64,000 bases of DNA from positions 83,082,001 through 83,146,000 of the forward strand of contig OZ076409.1 in assembly GCA_964187785.1 (NCBI GenBank), read 5' to 3'. The notes beneath the pieces were generated by a model. The model searched no databases. It was not told the DNA's origin and saw only the letters and a program-made list of their open reading frames with translations. This stretch comes from Amphiscolops sp. MND2022. Taxonomy: Eukaryota. Shown piece after piece: positions 12,274 to 25,500 of this stretch. Every line of letters begins with the position of its first letter. Position 1 is the stretch's first letter. Made by a program: the position numbers and the translations under genes.

Positions 12274-13339
12274 TAAATTTAAAATTTACTACCAATTCTC
12301 AACTCCAAAAAGACAGCCTTAATTTGGCGCCTATCTGGAAATGAACCCTGGACCTTCTTTTAATAAAGAGCACGTTGTAACCCCTAAATCAGCCTTTTCA
12401 ACACATATTTCTCATAGTGCTTTCTGAAAGAAAACGCCGTGTTAGTCGGACTATATTTCATTTAGCCCCGACTCAAAACGGTCACAAAATCTTTTTAGAC
12501 CGAATTGCTTCCCCCGGAAAGATTCATGAAAACTTTACTAATTGCAAACTTTGAGAGAGAGCGATAGCTAGAAAGACACCCAGAAGAAAAAGACTTGGAA
12601 TAGCTATTTCCGTCAAAAAATTTGGAGTAAAAACAAAATAGGGAAAGGTTTTTATGTTGCTCTAGAGATGTTTTCTATTTCCTACCATGTAGAAAAACGT
12701 TTTTTTTTACCTTTCTCTTATGAATGTGAATAGAAAGTATTTTCTATTGAAGTTTCGTTTTTTTCGAAATTAATGTGCTTTGGTTTCTCATTTTGAACGA
12801 TGTTTACATGACTAACTTGAATTTATAACCCTATTTAGCATCGTGGTACGTATTTGCACCACTTAAGATCTGCTAACTTCTAAAGGCACCAGCCCACCGT
12901 ATGGTAAAGAAAACTCTTGAATAAGACTTTCAGACAAAATAACATAGAATTGCACGCATTTTCACGGATTGCTGACTTGATGTCTCCAAAATCAGAAAAA
13001 CGGGACCAAAAAAATCAAAGAAAAAATAGCGCAAATTTTCCGATTTTCCTGTTTTCGTATTTGGCCACTTTATACTACTGGGGACAAGATTAGGTCAAAG
13101 GGGCCCTAACATGTTTTAAAACAAGCTGAACTGCAGCCAGAGACACCACGCGTGCAAAGTTTTGGCGCAAAGTCCGGAGCCAGTGCTTTTGTTTGTCGGA
13201 CTCAAATAGTTTGTCGGACTCAAATAGTTTTGGAGATATTGCGGTTTAAAGTTTAAGCACCAGATTTTTGGATGCATCCTGAAATTTCCACCTCCATTCC
13301 GGGTTAAATCACGCTTTAAAGGTCAAGCATTTTTCTTAC

Positions 13340-13515
13340 CTGAAATAATAGCAGTAATGGCCCTCACAGCAAGAATTGTTATCGCCCAATGTTGACAAGG
13401 ATTCTAAATTTTGGCATCCTGGTATAGCTTCTGGTCGCCCTTCTTTCACTTTCCAGGGAATCCACTCAGAAGCAGTTATTGTGTCATCAAATCTTTCAAC
13501 TTCTTTTTGGGACAT
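13340..13515 (-). CDS. Candidate first coding exon of a host gene (phospholipid-scramblase-like N-terminus?)
   Basis: ATG at 13515, 58 open codons (MSQKEVERF...WIPWKVKEGRPEAIPGCQNLESL...) ending at a canonical AG|GTAAG donor. Confidence 0.4.
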
Positions 13516-14059
13516 TTTTCTTGAGTATTCTTCTTCGATTCAAGCTTCAATGCACTAGCTATCAATCTCAATTACACGAGAGTTTTTTTCAGAATGTGAA
13601 CATCCGGCGATATGAATGTTGAAATTTGAAGCTCTGCTGTCTTATTCAAGCGTAATTCAAGTCTTAATGGTCCGTCCGGTTGTCGCGCTGATATCGATAA
13701 AATCGAATCAAGTTGAATCGTGTGATTATCATTGCAACACGACTAGAGCTGATCAGCTTCAGTCGTGTTGCAATCAATTACTTGATTCGACTTGGTTCAA
13801 TTTTATGTAGCTTTTTAAGCACCACTGTGACTCAGATTAGTTTTTAAATAAAATAACTTGTCAAAGTGGTCTTATATTAGAGAAACTGTTTCGTTTATTG
13901 AGCACAAAAATCTGTCCCCTTCTATCATAGTTTTATACTTCAAAAAAGTTCACTTTTCAGCTGATTTTGACGCCACAAGGGCTACAAAATAGTTTAGAAA
14001 AACTGTTTTCCATCAAAAAGGGTCGAGAGAATTCAACACCAACAGAATACGCTACAATG

Positions 14060-14595
14060 AAACAAGCAGGAACGGCCCAAGTTGGCGTCATATTTAAGGC
14101 TCAATAATATTCCAGGAAAAACTCAGCCTATTGTGAATACCCTATTGTGAATAAAATCAGCCTCGAAAACAGTTTTTGTCTGCACTGGAAACATCAGAAA
14201 AAACTAATTTGCCTTTGAGAAAAAGTAAAATTTTTCAAAAAACTATTTGGTAAAAAAAGTCGCACAATGCCGAAAAACGCAAAAAAGAGACCATTTAAGC
14301 TCATTAAACGTTTTTTTACAAACGACAACGTCAAAAAAATCAAAGGGGTACACCTTGATTGAATTCCAAAATTTACGGGAAGAAGTCACATAGTGCCTAA
14401 AAAACCCAAGCGGGGCCCTTTGGTCTACCATCTCCTTTGGGAAATATTAAAGAACTTGTGATTTAGTGCGAGACTCGAACTCACGCTCTCCTGCTTCTGA
14501 AAGTCTGAAAACTAGTTGGCCGATCGCGTTGAACGGACGAAACAAAACTAACCACTATAAGAGTCGTGCATTTTCTTCGAAAACGCCACTAAAAA
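14060..14595 (-). mobile_element. DINE-1/Helentron-like non-autonomous element, diverged copy
   Basis: Shares the terminal blocks (aaacaag...aaggctcaa; ccacta...cgccactaaaaa) and core motifs with the copies at 39596 and 58011. Confidence 0.6.
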
Positions 14596-14619
14596 GGTGC
14601 CACGATTTTAGTTCGTTAG

Positions 14620-17600
14620 CCAGGAAAAATGCGGGAGCGAAATCGTGCGTGTCTTTCAAGGCAAATCAAGAAATTCGTCAGCACATTCAACATATTCACA
14701 TGTAAAGTAAACGGAACAAAAGTTTCCGTTTTTAGCCAAGTTTTCATGAGTACAAATTTCATAAGTACTCAAAATAAGATACACGTACTATTTTTTCACG
14801 AAATCAACAGAAATTGTCGAAGTATGGCAATTGTTTTGTGAACCTAAATGTCTCAATGTTGGTTCCATTCAATAAAATACTGAACTTGAGCCAAAAAAGT
14901 GGAACCAAAGAAAGTCTTTCAACGTTTCTAACTAAATTCTTTCTTCTAAAATCATGTTTGAAGCTCGAACGACATCCCCAGCGACTTCTCAACTTGTTCC
15001 TGTGAAATCAATTTCCACACAAGCAAAACTCAGTTTTTCGTTCAGTCAATAGCCGCGCATCACACATGTCTGCCGTTGCGTTCGTGGTGGTGTTGTCTAA
15101 TTGGCAAAAAATCAATCTGACGCGGCGATTTACCGTCGCTGGTTGCTTCTAGTGCTTGGTGGTCGGAGAATACTTGGATTGTTTCCCGCAAACGTGAAAT
15201 GTAAAGCGTTCTGGGCACCAGAACACCTCAAGTAATTCCAGTTGACCGGGCGAGTATTTTCGTTTCTGCGTTTTCTAAATCAATTGGCGAAAGTGACGGG
15301 TTTTAGAACTCTGTTCCTTTGTTTTTGCAATTATACCATTCCAAACCCGGTGTTGCAGACGAAGTCAGTTGTGACGATGTATTCTTTGTTCGTGTTCTAG
15401 TGTGAAAGAAATGGTTGTATATATATCCATTCTTTCAGCAGTTGTCTCATGTTGTTCGTATTTTCGGATAAGTTTGGTATGACTTTTACAACGTATTGGA
15501 TTAATCACAGAAAAGATTCTAGTGGTACAAGGTTTGTTGTGGGGTAGAGTTTGTTTATCGAGCCGGTTTTTTCTGTCTTCAATTTAATTCCATCTTGTAG
15601 AATTGTGTACTCCAGCAAAACTGTTTTTTGTTAAAATTTTGATTTCTTCTTGCTTACTTTATAATCTTGGTTCTCCAGTTTTGTAAGTACCAATTCCAGT
15701 TTTCTGGTGTGTTCTTTTTTTGATGATGCGTGTTACGAAAATTATGTCGTCTAGCCATACATGTGGATGGCGTCCGAGTGGACGGTCATTTTTCTTGAAA
15801 TATGGTAGGTATGTCGGATGGACGGTTAAACCCTCTAAGAAGCGGTAGTGTCCAATTTTTTTCTCCCCCGTAATAATAACGTTGCAGAGTTCACTTGCCT
15901 CACGTGTTATTTTCATTTGTCCGTACCCATAGTCTATCTATCAGTTACACATTCCAGGTCTATTGCAGATATCCAGATGTCGGTGTCGTTTTTAGTCGAC
16001 ACATTTCGGTAGAAAATGAGCTCGACTGTTACAGTGGGTATTTTTTCAGACTCGTAATATCCAAGTTTTTGTTCATTTGTTCAATTTGAACTATACATTC
16101 AAAAACTTGATACTTGATATCCAAAACATACTGGAAATGTCAGAACCTCGTCTAAAACAAAAAAAACAACAAAACCTTTGTCCTGAACAACGAAAACATA
16201 ATAAGGGTCCACCATACTATCTTGGTGCTTTTAACTTAGATTTTTTGGGACCATGAGACTTCTTTCCAAAATTTTTTCAATTACACGAAATTGTCCCCCC
16301 TTGAATTGTTTCAATAATCTGCAACAGGAAGGATGTTTGAAAAAATCCCAAAGGGTACCCTTTTACATTTTCCGCCACTGTTCAAAAATCTCTTTTCTGA
16401 TTTTTTTGACAAGTGGCTATTGTCTTCAAAGGAGTCCCTTAATTGTTTTCACGTTTTGCAACAACCTGGAGTTTCAAAGAGCCGAAAAGGGTCCTCCTTG
16501 TACAATTTCAGAAACTTTGCGCTTTCTGAGTTTTAGATATGGCGCCGACATTTGTCGTTACCAGCTTGTTTGATTGTTGGTATGACATTTAGTTAGAAAT
16601 ATTCCCCATTTTTGGCATATGAGTTCTTCTCTGTACAACTCTCATTCAGTTTTCAGTCGTCCATTGCGTTTTTGACGGATTTGCCTTTTTACTGTAATTA
16701 CTACAAGTGATACGGAACAGTGGTCTTCAATGGTGTCTAGTCTTTCTAAATGTCTGAATTTAATTAGTCGGTCTAATTCGCTATTCACATCGTCCTAAAG
16801 GTTATACAGTATTGGTCGTACATTCTATTGTATCGAGTGCCATTCCGGTTTTGTATTTTGTATTTGTATTTCTACTTCTGCGTTTTTGATTGTGTGGTTC
16901 GGCTCGAATAACTTGTGGAATTGTCTGTGGATGTTTTCTGAGTGGTCAAATCCGTTGTACAATGAGAATTAGTTTTTGGTATTTGGCAGTTGTTCCAGCC
17001 AATTTATTCCCAGTAGTGGTAAGATATCGTTTCTTTTGGTAATTCGTAAGTGTAATTTTGTTGAACTGTTGTTATATTCAGTGTTCATCCATAGTTTCCC
17101 CAAAAATGTGATTTCGTTCTTGTTCACATACTTGTATCTTTCATTCTGTGGATATATGTCTTTGGTGTTGTGCTAGTAAGCATGATGATGGTCGGAGAAC
17201 TGGTGTCGATGACGACTTTCAGTTTCTTTCCATATATGTCTACCTCGACACCATACTGGTCTTTTTGTTCGGCACTATTTTGTTTAGTTGCATGGTGGGT
17301 TGGACTTTTCCAGGTTTGCACTCTTCATCTTGATCTCTTTTCCTGCTTCGTCTTAGGAGTTTGCGTCAAACCAAGTAGTTTTGTCTTCTTGGACCGTTGT
17401 TGTTTTGTTTACTGCGGCATACCCAATCAAAGTGTCTTATTTTCTGGCAGTGATTGCGTTGGATGGTTTTCACCCAGCAATTGTGTTGCGGTGTCCAGTT
17501 TTGTTGTCGTTAGAATCCACAAGGATTTTTTTGTCTCGTATTTCCGTAATTGTTGATTTTGGGTTTCGTCGTGGAGTATTCTCGGTTTTGTCTTGTTTGT

Positions 17601-18470
17601 ACTTTTGGGATCGATTCTTGTTTTATTTGTTTGTCTTTGGCAAGTGCGGGGGCTATGGTAGATTTTTTTCTCGTCGGTCATAGCTGCATGGGGTGATCTG
17701 TTCTACGGTTGTTTTTATGTTCAATGTTTTCTAATAAAGCAGTTTTTCCGTAAATTGTTGTCAGTTAGGCTGGTTATTGGCTTTGATATCAATAGGTCTT
17801 CTTGTTTTATCTCCTTGAGATCGCAATTCTATTCCAGTGTTAAGTTTTTTCCAATGTTCTTCGGGTATTTCATCTTCTTCTTGTTTTGCCAAGAAGAAAT
17901 CTCCACGGCTGTGGTATATGTTTCTCTTGGGCATGTAGTGTTTCCGGAATAGCTGTCATATGTCGATTATGATGGTATACGAGCACGTGTTGCATTCACT
18001 TTTTGTGATTATTTCACTTGCGGATGGTCCGGTGAGCCAGATTAGTTTTTGTCATGTCGTCGGATTTTGGGCTCTTTTTTGTCCCATCTATTACCGATAG
18101 GTACTGTTTCTGCGGATAGTATTTAGTTGATATTTTGGACTCTTTTGACGTAGTTCGGGAATCATTCGGTTCATTCTTCCGGTGTATTATTTCGTGCCGT
18201 CTAGTTCGGTGTCTTCTAAATATGATAAATAAAAATTCTTCGCGGTGGTCATAGTTGGTTGCTTTGTCCGTAAGATCTCTAAATTTATGTTGAAACAAGC
18301 GGTATGCTTCGAAACTAACTGTATTCTCTCAACTTTTCTAGCTATAATGATTATAGTATCACCGAACATGTATAAATACGTAATCAAAAAGTGAAGTTTA
18401 TTGCAATTATTTGTGAGTTTGTTAGCCAACATCTCTCTAGCTGCTCGTCTAAGTTGTGGTGTGACCTTGG
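14620..18470 (-). mobile_element. Highly decayed Gypsy-like pol relic
   Basis: RT remnant WLDDIIFVTR in ORF 15659-15916 and many short broken minus-strand ORFs; boundaries approximate. Confidence 0.5.
16220..16571 (+). mobile_element. DINE-1/Helentron-like element, partial, opposite orientation, inserted in the Gypsy relic
   Basis: Ends ...tttagatatggcgccgac...cttgttt, the reverse complement of the family terminus. Confidence 0.6.
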
Positions 18471-19003
18471 CATGTCACAGAAAAAAAAATATGTAGAGGA
18501 ACATGTTAGTTCTATGAAGATTCAGCTATTCCTCTGCTACTTTTATGCATTGGTACTCGTTTTAAACACAGACAATTGATTGCGACGTCAGTTGCAGCTA
18601 TCTGTTGCCATCATTTAGAAATGAAAGATTTTGAAAGATTCACTCACATGAAACTAGTTTTGTTTTCTGTCGTAACTTTTCACCTTTGATTTTCAAGTAC
18701 TCGCAATCAACAAGACGATTCAATTAGATTCGTTCAGTTTTGCAAAACCAAAATTTTTATTGGCACCTTGTATAGACTTGAACTTGGCAAAAGTTCTTCA
18801 AAACACTTCAAGAAGGACCGAAAAATACCTGCACCAGATTCCAGAAAATCAACTACCAATTTTTCATCTTTTTGACTTTTCGTCCAAAGTTTTGTAAATT
18901 GTCGAGCGATTTCGTGTTACATGGCTCAAAAAGCTAAACGAAAAACCTGGCTATGCATTACAACTTTCGAGAAGAACGTTGCAGTGTTCTGCTACAAAGC
19001 ATG

Positions 19004-20569
19004 TGTCGTGACTATTGGTCATCATTACGTGGCCTTCGTCACTTAATTGGGAAATATCTGAGTTTTCCCGAAAGTAGTTTTGTTTACTACTATTAGTTAA
19101 AATTGGTTTTGACTTGTTTTTCCATGCATTTCCAATAATTTCCTCTTCGGCGGTCCTTAATAACAGAGTTTAATGCCTCCATTATTTGTGAATTCAAGTC
19201 TTTCCTCAGTCCATCCATTTGTTTGGAGATTTCAGAACTAACTAGTCTCATATTCTCAACGGTTGACTCACTGTTTTCTCTACTATTAGAGTTTAAGAGT
19301 GGCCTAAAATCCTCACCGTTCTGCACTAAGTCATGTCTAGTCCTATCAGACTCATGGTCCACTTCGTTATTTCTTTCCTTTGAGTTACTTTCCAGTTCGT
19401 TTCTCGAGTATGTGCCTAACATTATATCTAAGTTCTCTGTATCAGACATCATTTCCACTTGTTTAGAGCGTTTTTCCTTCGCTCGTTGCTTTCTAGTTGA
19501 AGGCATTGATAAGATCTCTGTTCAAGCAATAGTTTATTGTTGATCAATTTAATATTGAACTAAACAGAAACAGAAATGAATTTTACAGGTTTTGTAACAC
19601 AATTGGCGAATGTACTGAGAGAGATTAGACTTTTGGTCAGTTTCATAACTGCAGTTTTAGCACTTGATTGTGAGAGTTGAATGTCGTCTGTTGTAAGATA
19701 TCAAGAATAATGATCCTGGGGTTCTCGGGTCTCCCGTATAAACACTTGGGAGAGCATGACAAGCAATTTTCTTGGGGTCAAGCTTCTAAATATAGCTACA
19801 AATCTAGGGTGAAACGTCCTTGCGGACGGCACGTCATTATTACGTCATTTCAAAAATAGAAATACTACATGACTTAATTCTAAAATTAGATGTAAGGGAA
19901 ACGAAATGGCGGCACGCCTTTCAAGTCAGGATTTCCATTGACAGCACTCGGGAGGCAGATTATTTACATAAACTAGTATTACTAATAGTATAACCTGTAA
20001 CTGCATAATATGGACCTGCAGTCTAAGCATCTAAGTAGGACTAAATGAAATAGCACGTAAATGAATGAATGAATACTGCTCTCTAATTGGTTGATCAGTA
20101 TGCGGACTACGCGTCCGAATTGACCACTGCAGCGGACAATTCGAACGCGTTTCCTTTCAACTTAGCAGTTGCTTCATCTATTAATGTTCATATTACGTTT
20201 GCAATTGAAATATCTAGCTATACTGGTTTACATGTGAGAAAATTCTTACATTCAAAAATATACGTGTATAGAAATGCATAATAGACATAGAAGTCTAATA
20301 AACGTAGTAAAATCATATCTTCATTTACATGACTTACTCCGCAATAACATTCCAAATACATGTCACAGTTAGGCGAGTGGACCGACGGTCCATAACTATA
20401 TAAATTAACGCTGAACCAGTTTTTAATAAAAGTTTGTAGGGTCTCCTCTAAAATGGACTGATGGTCTGCGCGTCCTAGAGGGGCAATACACCAGGCGGAA
20501 CGGATAGATCACCGCAAGTGTTAGGGGCTACTTGGTTCCAATTCTCATCGCAGGCGGGAGCCTGCAACA
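19004..20569 (-). repeat. 3' LTR of element B (1566 bp), containing a duplicate of the gag N-terminus (ORF 19093-19506)
   Basis: Direct repeat of 33074-33933 plus 35838-36513; preceded on the minus strand by the PPT. Confidence 0.93.
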
Positions 20570-21485
20570 CTCCCCCCCCCCGAATGAGAATGAATGAACC
20601 AGCGGACATCCCGGCCTCAAAAGCATCCCTCCTTCTCATTCTAGCCAAATAAGTCTCGCCAGGCATGTGGGTACGCTCGAGGTAGTCGAAGGTTATTTCC
20701 TCCTTTATAGATCCAAAAGATTTTCCGCACACGTAGCAATCACTTCTGGCCACATAGTTAGGGTTACCACAAACGCCGCTTGTCCTTACAGCTACACCCG
20801 TAATATGAGCCTGCTCTGGTCGGTGATCTGCTTGGTAGCTGGACCATCGGTCTTCGGCAGAAACAGTGTTAGGGCCCCTTTCGTGGTCAGGGGGAGACTG
20901 AGGGGTGTCGGGCATAGGCTGAACCTGAGCACATCTGGCTATTGGTCGCTCTACTAGCGGGGCGCCGTTGCCATTGGTAGGACCAATGCCCAGTACCTAA
21001 TTGATCAACTCGTCTTCAAGATCAGAGTCTGCTTTAGTCGAAGGGCCGTACAGTCGATCATACAGGAAGAAGCCGTCACTGCTTGGCAAGTCACAAGTCA
21101 TACCACGTCCTGCTACCGCCTGAGGCTTGGGAGTCGGTTGTTCCGAGTAGCAAGCGATCACCTCGATGTCAGTATCATTGTCTGCTGCCTCAACAGCAGA
21201 TTTAGGGTCATCTATCTCCATTTGCTCCTCTGAGGAGAGGTAGGCTAGGCTGACTAGGGTGTTGATCAAATCGTCTACTGTAAACTGCAAAGACATTTCC
21301 GCTTGAAATTTCTTTAAGATGAGTTTTTTAGCATTTTTGTTAATGTGCGGATTCAACTGATCAGTAGGGTAATGGTAGTGAAGGATGCCGACCCACGTCT
21401 GGTCGACCGTAGGTCGTGAGTTTGTAAATTCGCGGGAAACTAAGTTAGGGAACATTTTACCCGCTATTTTCCTCTGATTTCTCAC
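20475..21485 (-). CDS. Sense 3' accessory ORF(s) of element B; distal part has a RanBP2-type zinc finger and overlaps PPT/LTR
   Basis: ORFs 20997-21485 (162 aa) and 20475-20915 (146 aa); motif SGVC-GNP-N-YVARSD-CYVC. Confidence 0.55.
20570..20581 (-). promoter_or_regulatory. Polypurine tract of element B
   Basis: GGGGGGGGGGAG on the minus strand abutting the TG start of the 3' LTR. Confidence 0.88.
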
Positions 21486-22563
21486 CTCTCCTTTTTAAGC
21501 AGATTCCTTTCCAAGTAAATCGTTTTGATGATAAGCCGCACATAAAGTTGATAAGCCCTTGAGGTCGAGCTCAGGTGGTTATAGTAACTAGTCAAGAGAT
21601 GTAAAGAGCGATGAGACTGTTTATCATCACTCGTTAACATCAGTGAAGTGCCATCAAAGTCGTGACCAACCAGCAAATCAGACTAATCTGATAAATGAAT
21701 GAATAATCCTGAAGGAAATTTGAATGAAAATAATAAAATGGAGGAAACTGATGAAATTTAATGGTTGGAATATTTGTTACATTAACAATGAAACAAAGCG
21801 ATGGTATATGGGAATAATAGTTGAGTGTATTTCACTGGCAGGTTCCATAACACTGAAATTTAGGATAATAAAGTTGTTGATCGAAGTAGCAAGATTAGTA
21901 ATAATGAAAAAATTTAGATGTGGCCACGACGTCTTTTAGTCTAAATCGGATGAAAGCATTCTTGCATTAAATAAACAACCGTCTTGAAAGTCAAGAGTTA
22001 TTTTAAAAAATACCAGTCAGTAAGAGGGACTTGTAGTCAAGTTGTCGTAAATTATAGTAAACCAGTTTGATAATCAGCACAATCAACACTCCAAAATTTG
22101 AGTTGTTCATCCCTTTTGTTACATTGCTTTCGTAAGACTGCTTATTATTCCTTCGAAGCAGATTAGGTTGTCATCTCCTAACAGAACAGCTTTGCAACTC
22201 TTGTCACAGTAGCAGTATCGCCCGCAGATTAGCATCCTTTGGACTGTGAGTCTGCTCGACCTACTTCGACCTGAGATCAATTTTGTCCTTAAGCCAGTTG
22301 CAAACAAACAGGTGCAATTCATCAACAACCCTTGTGGTTCACAAACTCCAATCCCTCAGTCTAGCAGTCTCAACTCGATTTTCAAATTCTGCTTGCCAAT
22401 TTAAACAAACATCAGGTTGGCTGTTTTTGAATATTTCGCCAATTTTGAGCTTGATCAGGAGTTTTCCCATTGACTAATTTTCAATTCCTCCATCGTGAAA
22501 CATTCAGCCATAGGCATGAACATACAATGAGATTGCTTCCGAAAGACTTTCTAACGCGATAAG

Positions 22564-25500
22564 ATGGATTTTTTCAGCGGAAGTGGATCGCGAAAATTCA
22601 TTTCCTTCCGTTTAGGCAAAAAAATTAGTGGCCAACCCAGTCAAGACGCTGCTGAAATTATGGAAGCTGATACACCTCCAACAGCTCGTGCACCAGAGCT
22701 AAAAGTCACCGAATTGCCCGCAGACAAAAAGTCTTTAGTCGAGCTTTCCTCCAATACCGATACGGAAAGTTGTGAAGCTTACATCAGCCGCACTGTTGAA
22801 CTGTTAGCGAGCGTCGAACCTGTTACCTTGGGTCCCAATAACGAACTCCCAGCTGAAACTAAAGTCAGAACATGTGATGGTTTGAATGAGTTAATTCCTG
22901 AAGAAGAGATTCCCGAAAGTGTCCCCAGAGTTATATTCTTGGACAAGCCTGATGCTGAAATCGCCCCAACAGGAACTACTTCCGAGGAACAAAAATGCTG
23001 GCTAACTCTGGTCCGATTAAACAAGCCATTTCGATATATGATTCGGTTACTCAACAAGGGCAAACCGACGAAGGAACAACAGTAGCTTCCGCGCAGGATG
23101 AACAGCGAGTCAACAGGGGACTCATGGACTACCGGTCCCAAACTCACGATGATTCTTGTTTCGGGATGGAGACTGACACCGGGTCATTAGCTCGATCCAC
23201 TCTTGCACAGGCCCTCTATTGCCCCGCTGAGGGTCAAGACATAGCATGCCCTAATGATTCCAGCAACGAATCCGTCCCTCCTGAAGTGCGTGCAGAACCT
23301 GGTCCAAATCCTATGTCTGCTACCAGTAGGGCCATAATAAAACAACGCTTCATCGAGACGAATCCAATCTGTCTTGACCCCGGACATCCTGTCGTCGCGC
23401 TCAACCAGGAGCAGATTACGAGTATTCTCAGGATCGTTGCCGACGAGAGCGCGAGAGCGTCCTTTGAAATGCTGAATATTTTCGTGCAACGAGCAATCAG
23501 GTTGAATCTGGGCAGCCCTCACAAAACCACCTCTCAGTGTCAACCTCGTTCTGTCTCCGGCATGGACACTGACACTGACGTTGATAGCGAATCGGCCATC
23601 ACATATGGCACTCGAAGAGATGACACCAGCACCGGTGCGACAAGTGAAGCGGAGTCCCATCATGATTTTCATTCGAGTGTTACCTTACCCACACTGCCAC
23701 CTGTCGGTGGCACTAGGCCAGCGGGTCTTGGATCCAATTCAAATTCACCGACCGGCTCTAGCCCGGCACTCAAACACTCGCTACAGTCAGACGCGAAGCT
23801 ATCAGCGAGCAAAAACAGACAGGGAGACGAGTGACCACACAGACCAGAACTCGCGGTCAAACACGGCCCAGGAGGAGAGTTGGTAGGGTCATGAGGGAAG
23901 AATAATTCGAATCCATGCCATGGACCAGGACTTTTGTTTCAGGACCAGTTGACCCTAAATGTTGGCTTCAGGAACAAGCCTAAGATCTACTGTCAGATCT
24001 GTAAGTGCAACGTCTCCATCCGAGCAAAGGGTCCCAAGGAAATACTGCGGCATTATGCTACTGAACGCCATCTACGCAAGGACCAGCCCTGGAGGTACGA
24101 ATACCTCACAATTGAAGACCCTTTGACCAAACGGCTTCAATACCAAGTGAGAGGCAGGGACGGCAAGGTTCTTTCCAACTATCAGTTGCAGTTAGAACTG
24201 GCCCACTTTATTGAGAGCGAGCTAGTGGACATAGATGAGGAACTGCCGTTTTCCGACGATGCGATGGCTGGTAGCGACTACATGGCCTCTTCCCCACAAA
24301 ATCGCACCAGGGTGCAAATATCCATTCTCGGACACTTCCTTCCGTTATCCGGGGACATCCAGGTCCTTCGTGTATTATGGCAGCAGACTGATACGGTTGT
24401 CAATCACCAGGTGATCCTCAGTGACATAGACTGGAGTACTGCTAGGCTCTCAGTGAGTAACCTTTTCATTTCAAATAAATTCTAAGTGCATGTGAGAATG
24501 GAATTTTCTAACTTTGTCACAATAGGTCGTCACTCGTAACCTTCACTATAGGTCTTGATTTTCTTCTTACGCTACATTGTATAAATTTTGAGGTTGTGTT
24601 ATAGGTGTTGTTTCATCACTTGTTTCAACAAATCATCCCCATCCTTGGCAATGAGATCCTCACGGCAGGACAATACTCAGTCGAGTTTGATCCTCAAGGA
24701 GTGTTCTTGCTACTCTTCTACGAATTTGGAAAGCCAACAGGCTGTGCCGAGTCTACCTGTCGAGGACTGGAAGGATCAATGGACAGACTTCCGCCGAACT
24801 GCAGTTGGTTTCCACTCTTCTGGCTGCTATTTCTACCGGGGCAGGTCTGGTCTGTAGTTCTGGAGCTACTTACAACCTCGTGCAGATGCTTGACCGGGCA
24901 CCCTTCAGTCGACACGGGGTTCAACGACCAACGTTGTTCGATGACATAGCCATAAAGAAGCTAATGCACAAGGACAGCTACAGCGTGTTTGGACGTATTG
25001 ACTTCTTTTCCGTCCTGTCGTACCTGGTCATTTGTTTGAGCGGTAGATTGCAGATGGACTGGACTTTGTTCACTCCAGAATTGACCAAGGTTAGACTTTA
25101 GGGTTACTTCCCCTAATCTTCCTTAGGCTCTACCACACCCCAATGCAATTTGTTTTGTAGGCAATCAAGTCAGGCAACCTCGATGTGTCTGGGATCCCTA
25201 CGCTGTGCCAGGATTGAGTTGATGGCTCACTGGAAATCTGTTACTGGCTTCCTGTCCACTCATGCTGCCCTACAACAAATGCAAGGGGTCAGAAATCAGG
25301 TAGGTCGCTTTTCGTCTTACGTACTCAGGGTCGACTTTGAAGAATTCCTACTACGTCTGTGTTTTCTTTCAGCCGCAAAACTTCGACTGGTCCGTGATCC
25401 ACGACGAATTCTTCCCTTGCCGACTTGAGCTCTTTGGCAAAATGGTGCGAGACTGTGAGTACCTTCATTCAACATATATTTGTATACATTAGATCTTTGT

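Noticed and set aside
12315..12400. tRNA-like sequence on the minus strand (GGTTCATTTCC box-B-like)
   Set aside because: No consistent cloverleaf; at best a decayed SINE head
14460..14500. GTTCGAGTC T-arm-like motif on the minus strand
   Set aside because: Lies inside a dispersed repeat and lacks the rest of a tRNA
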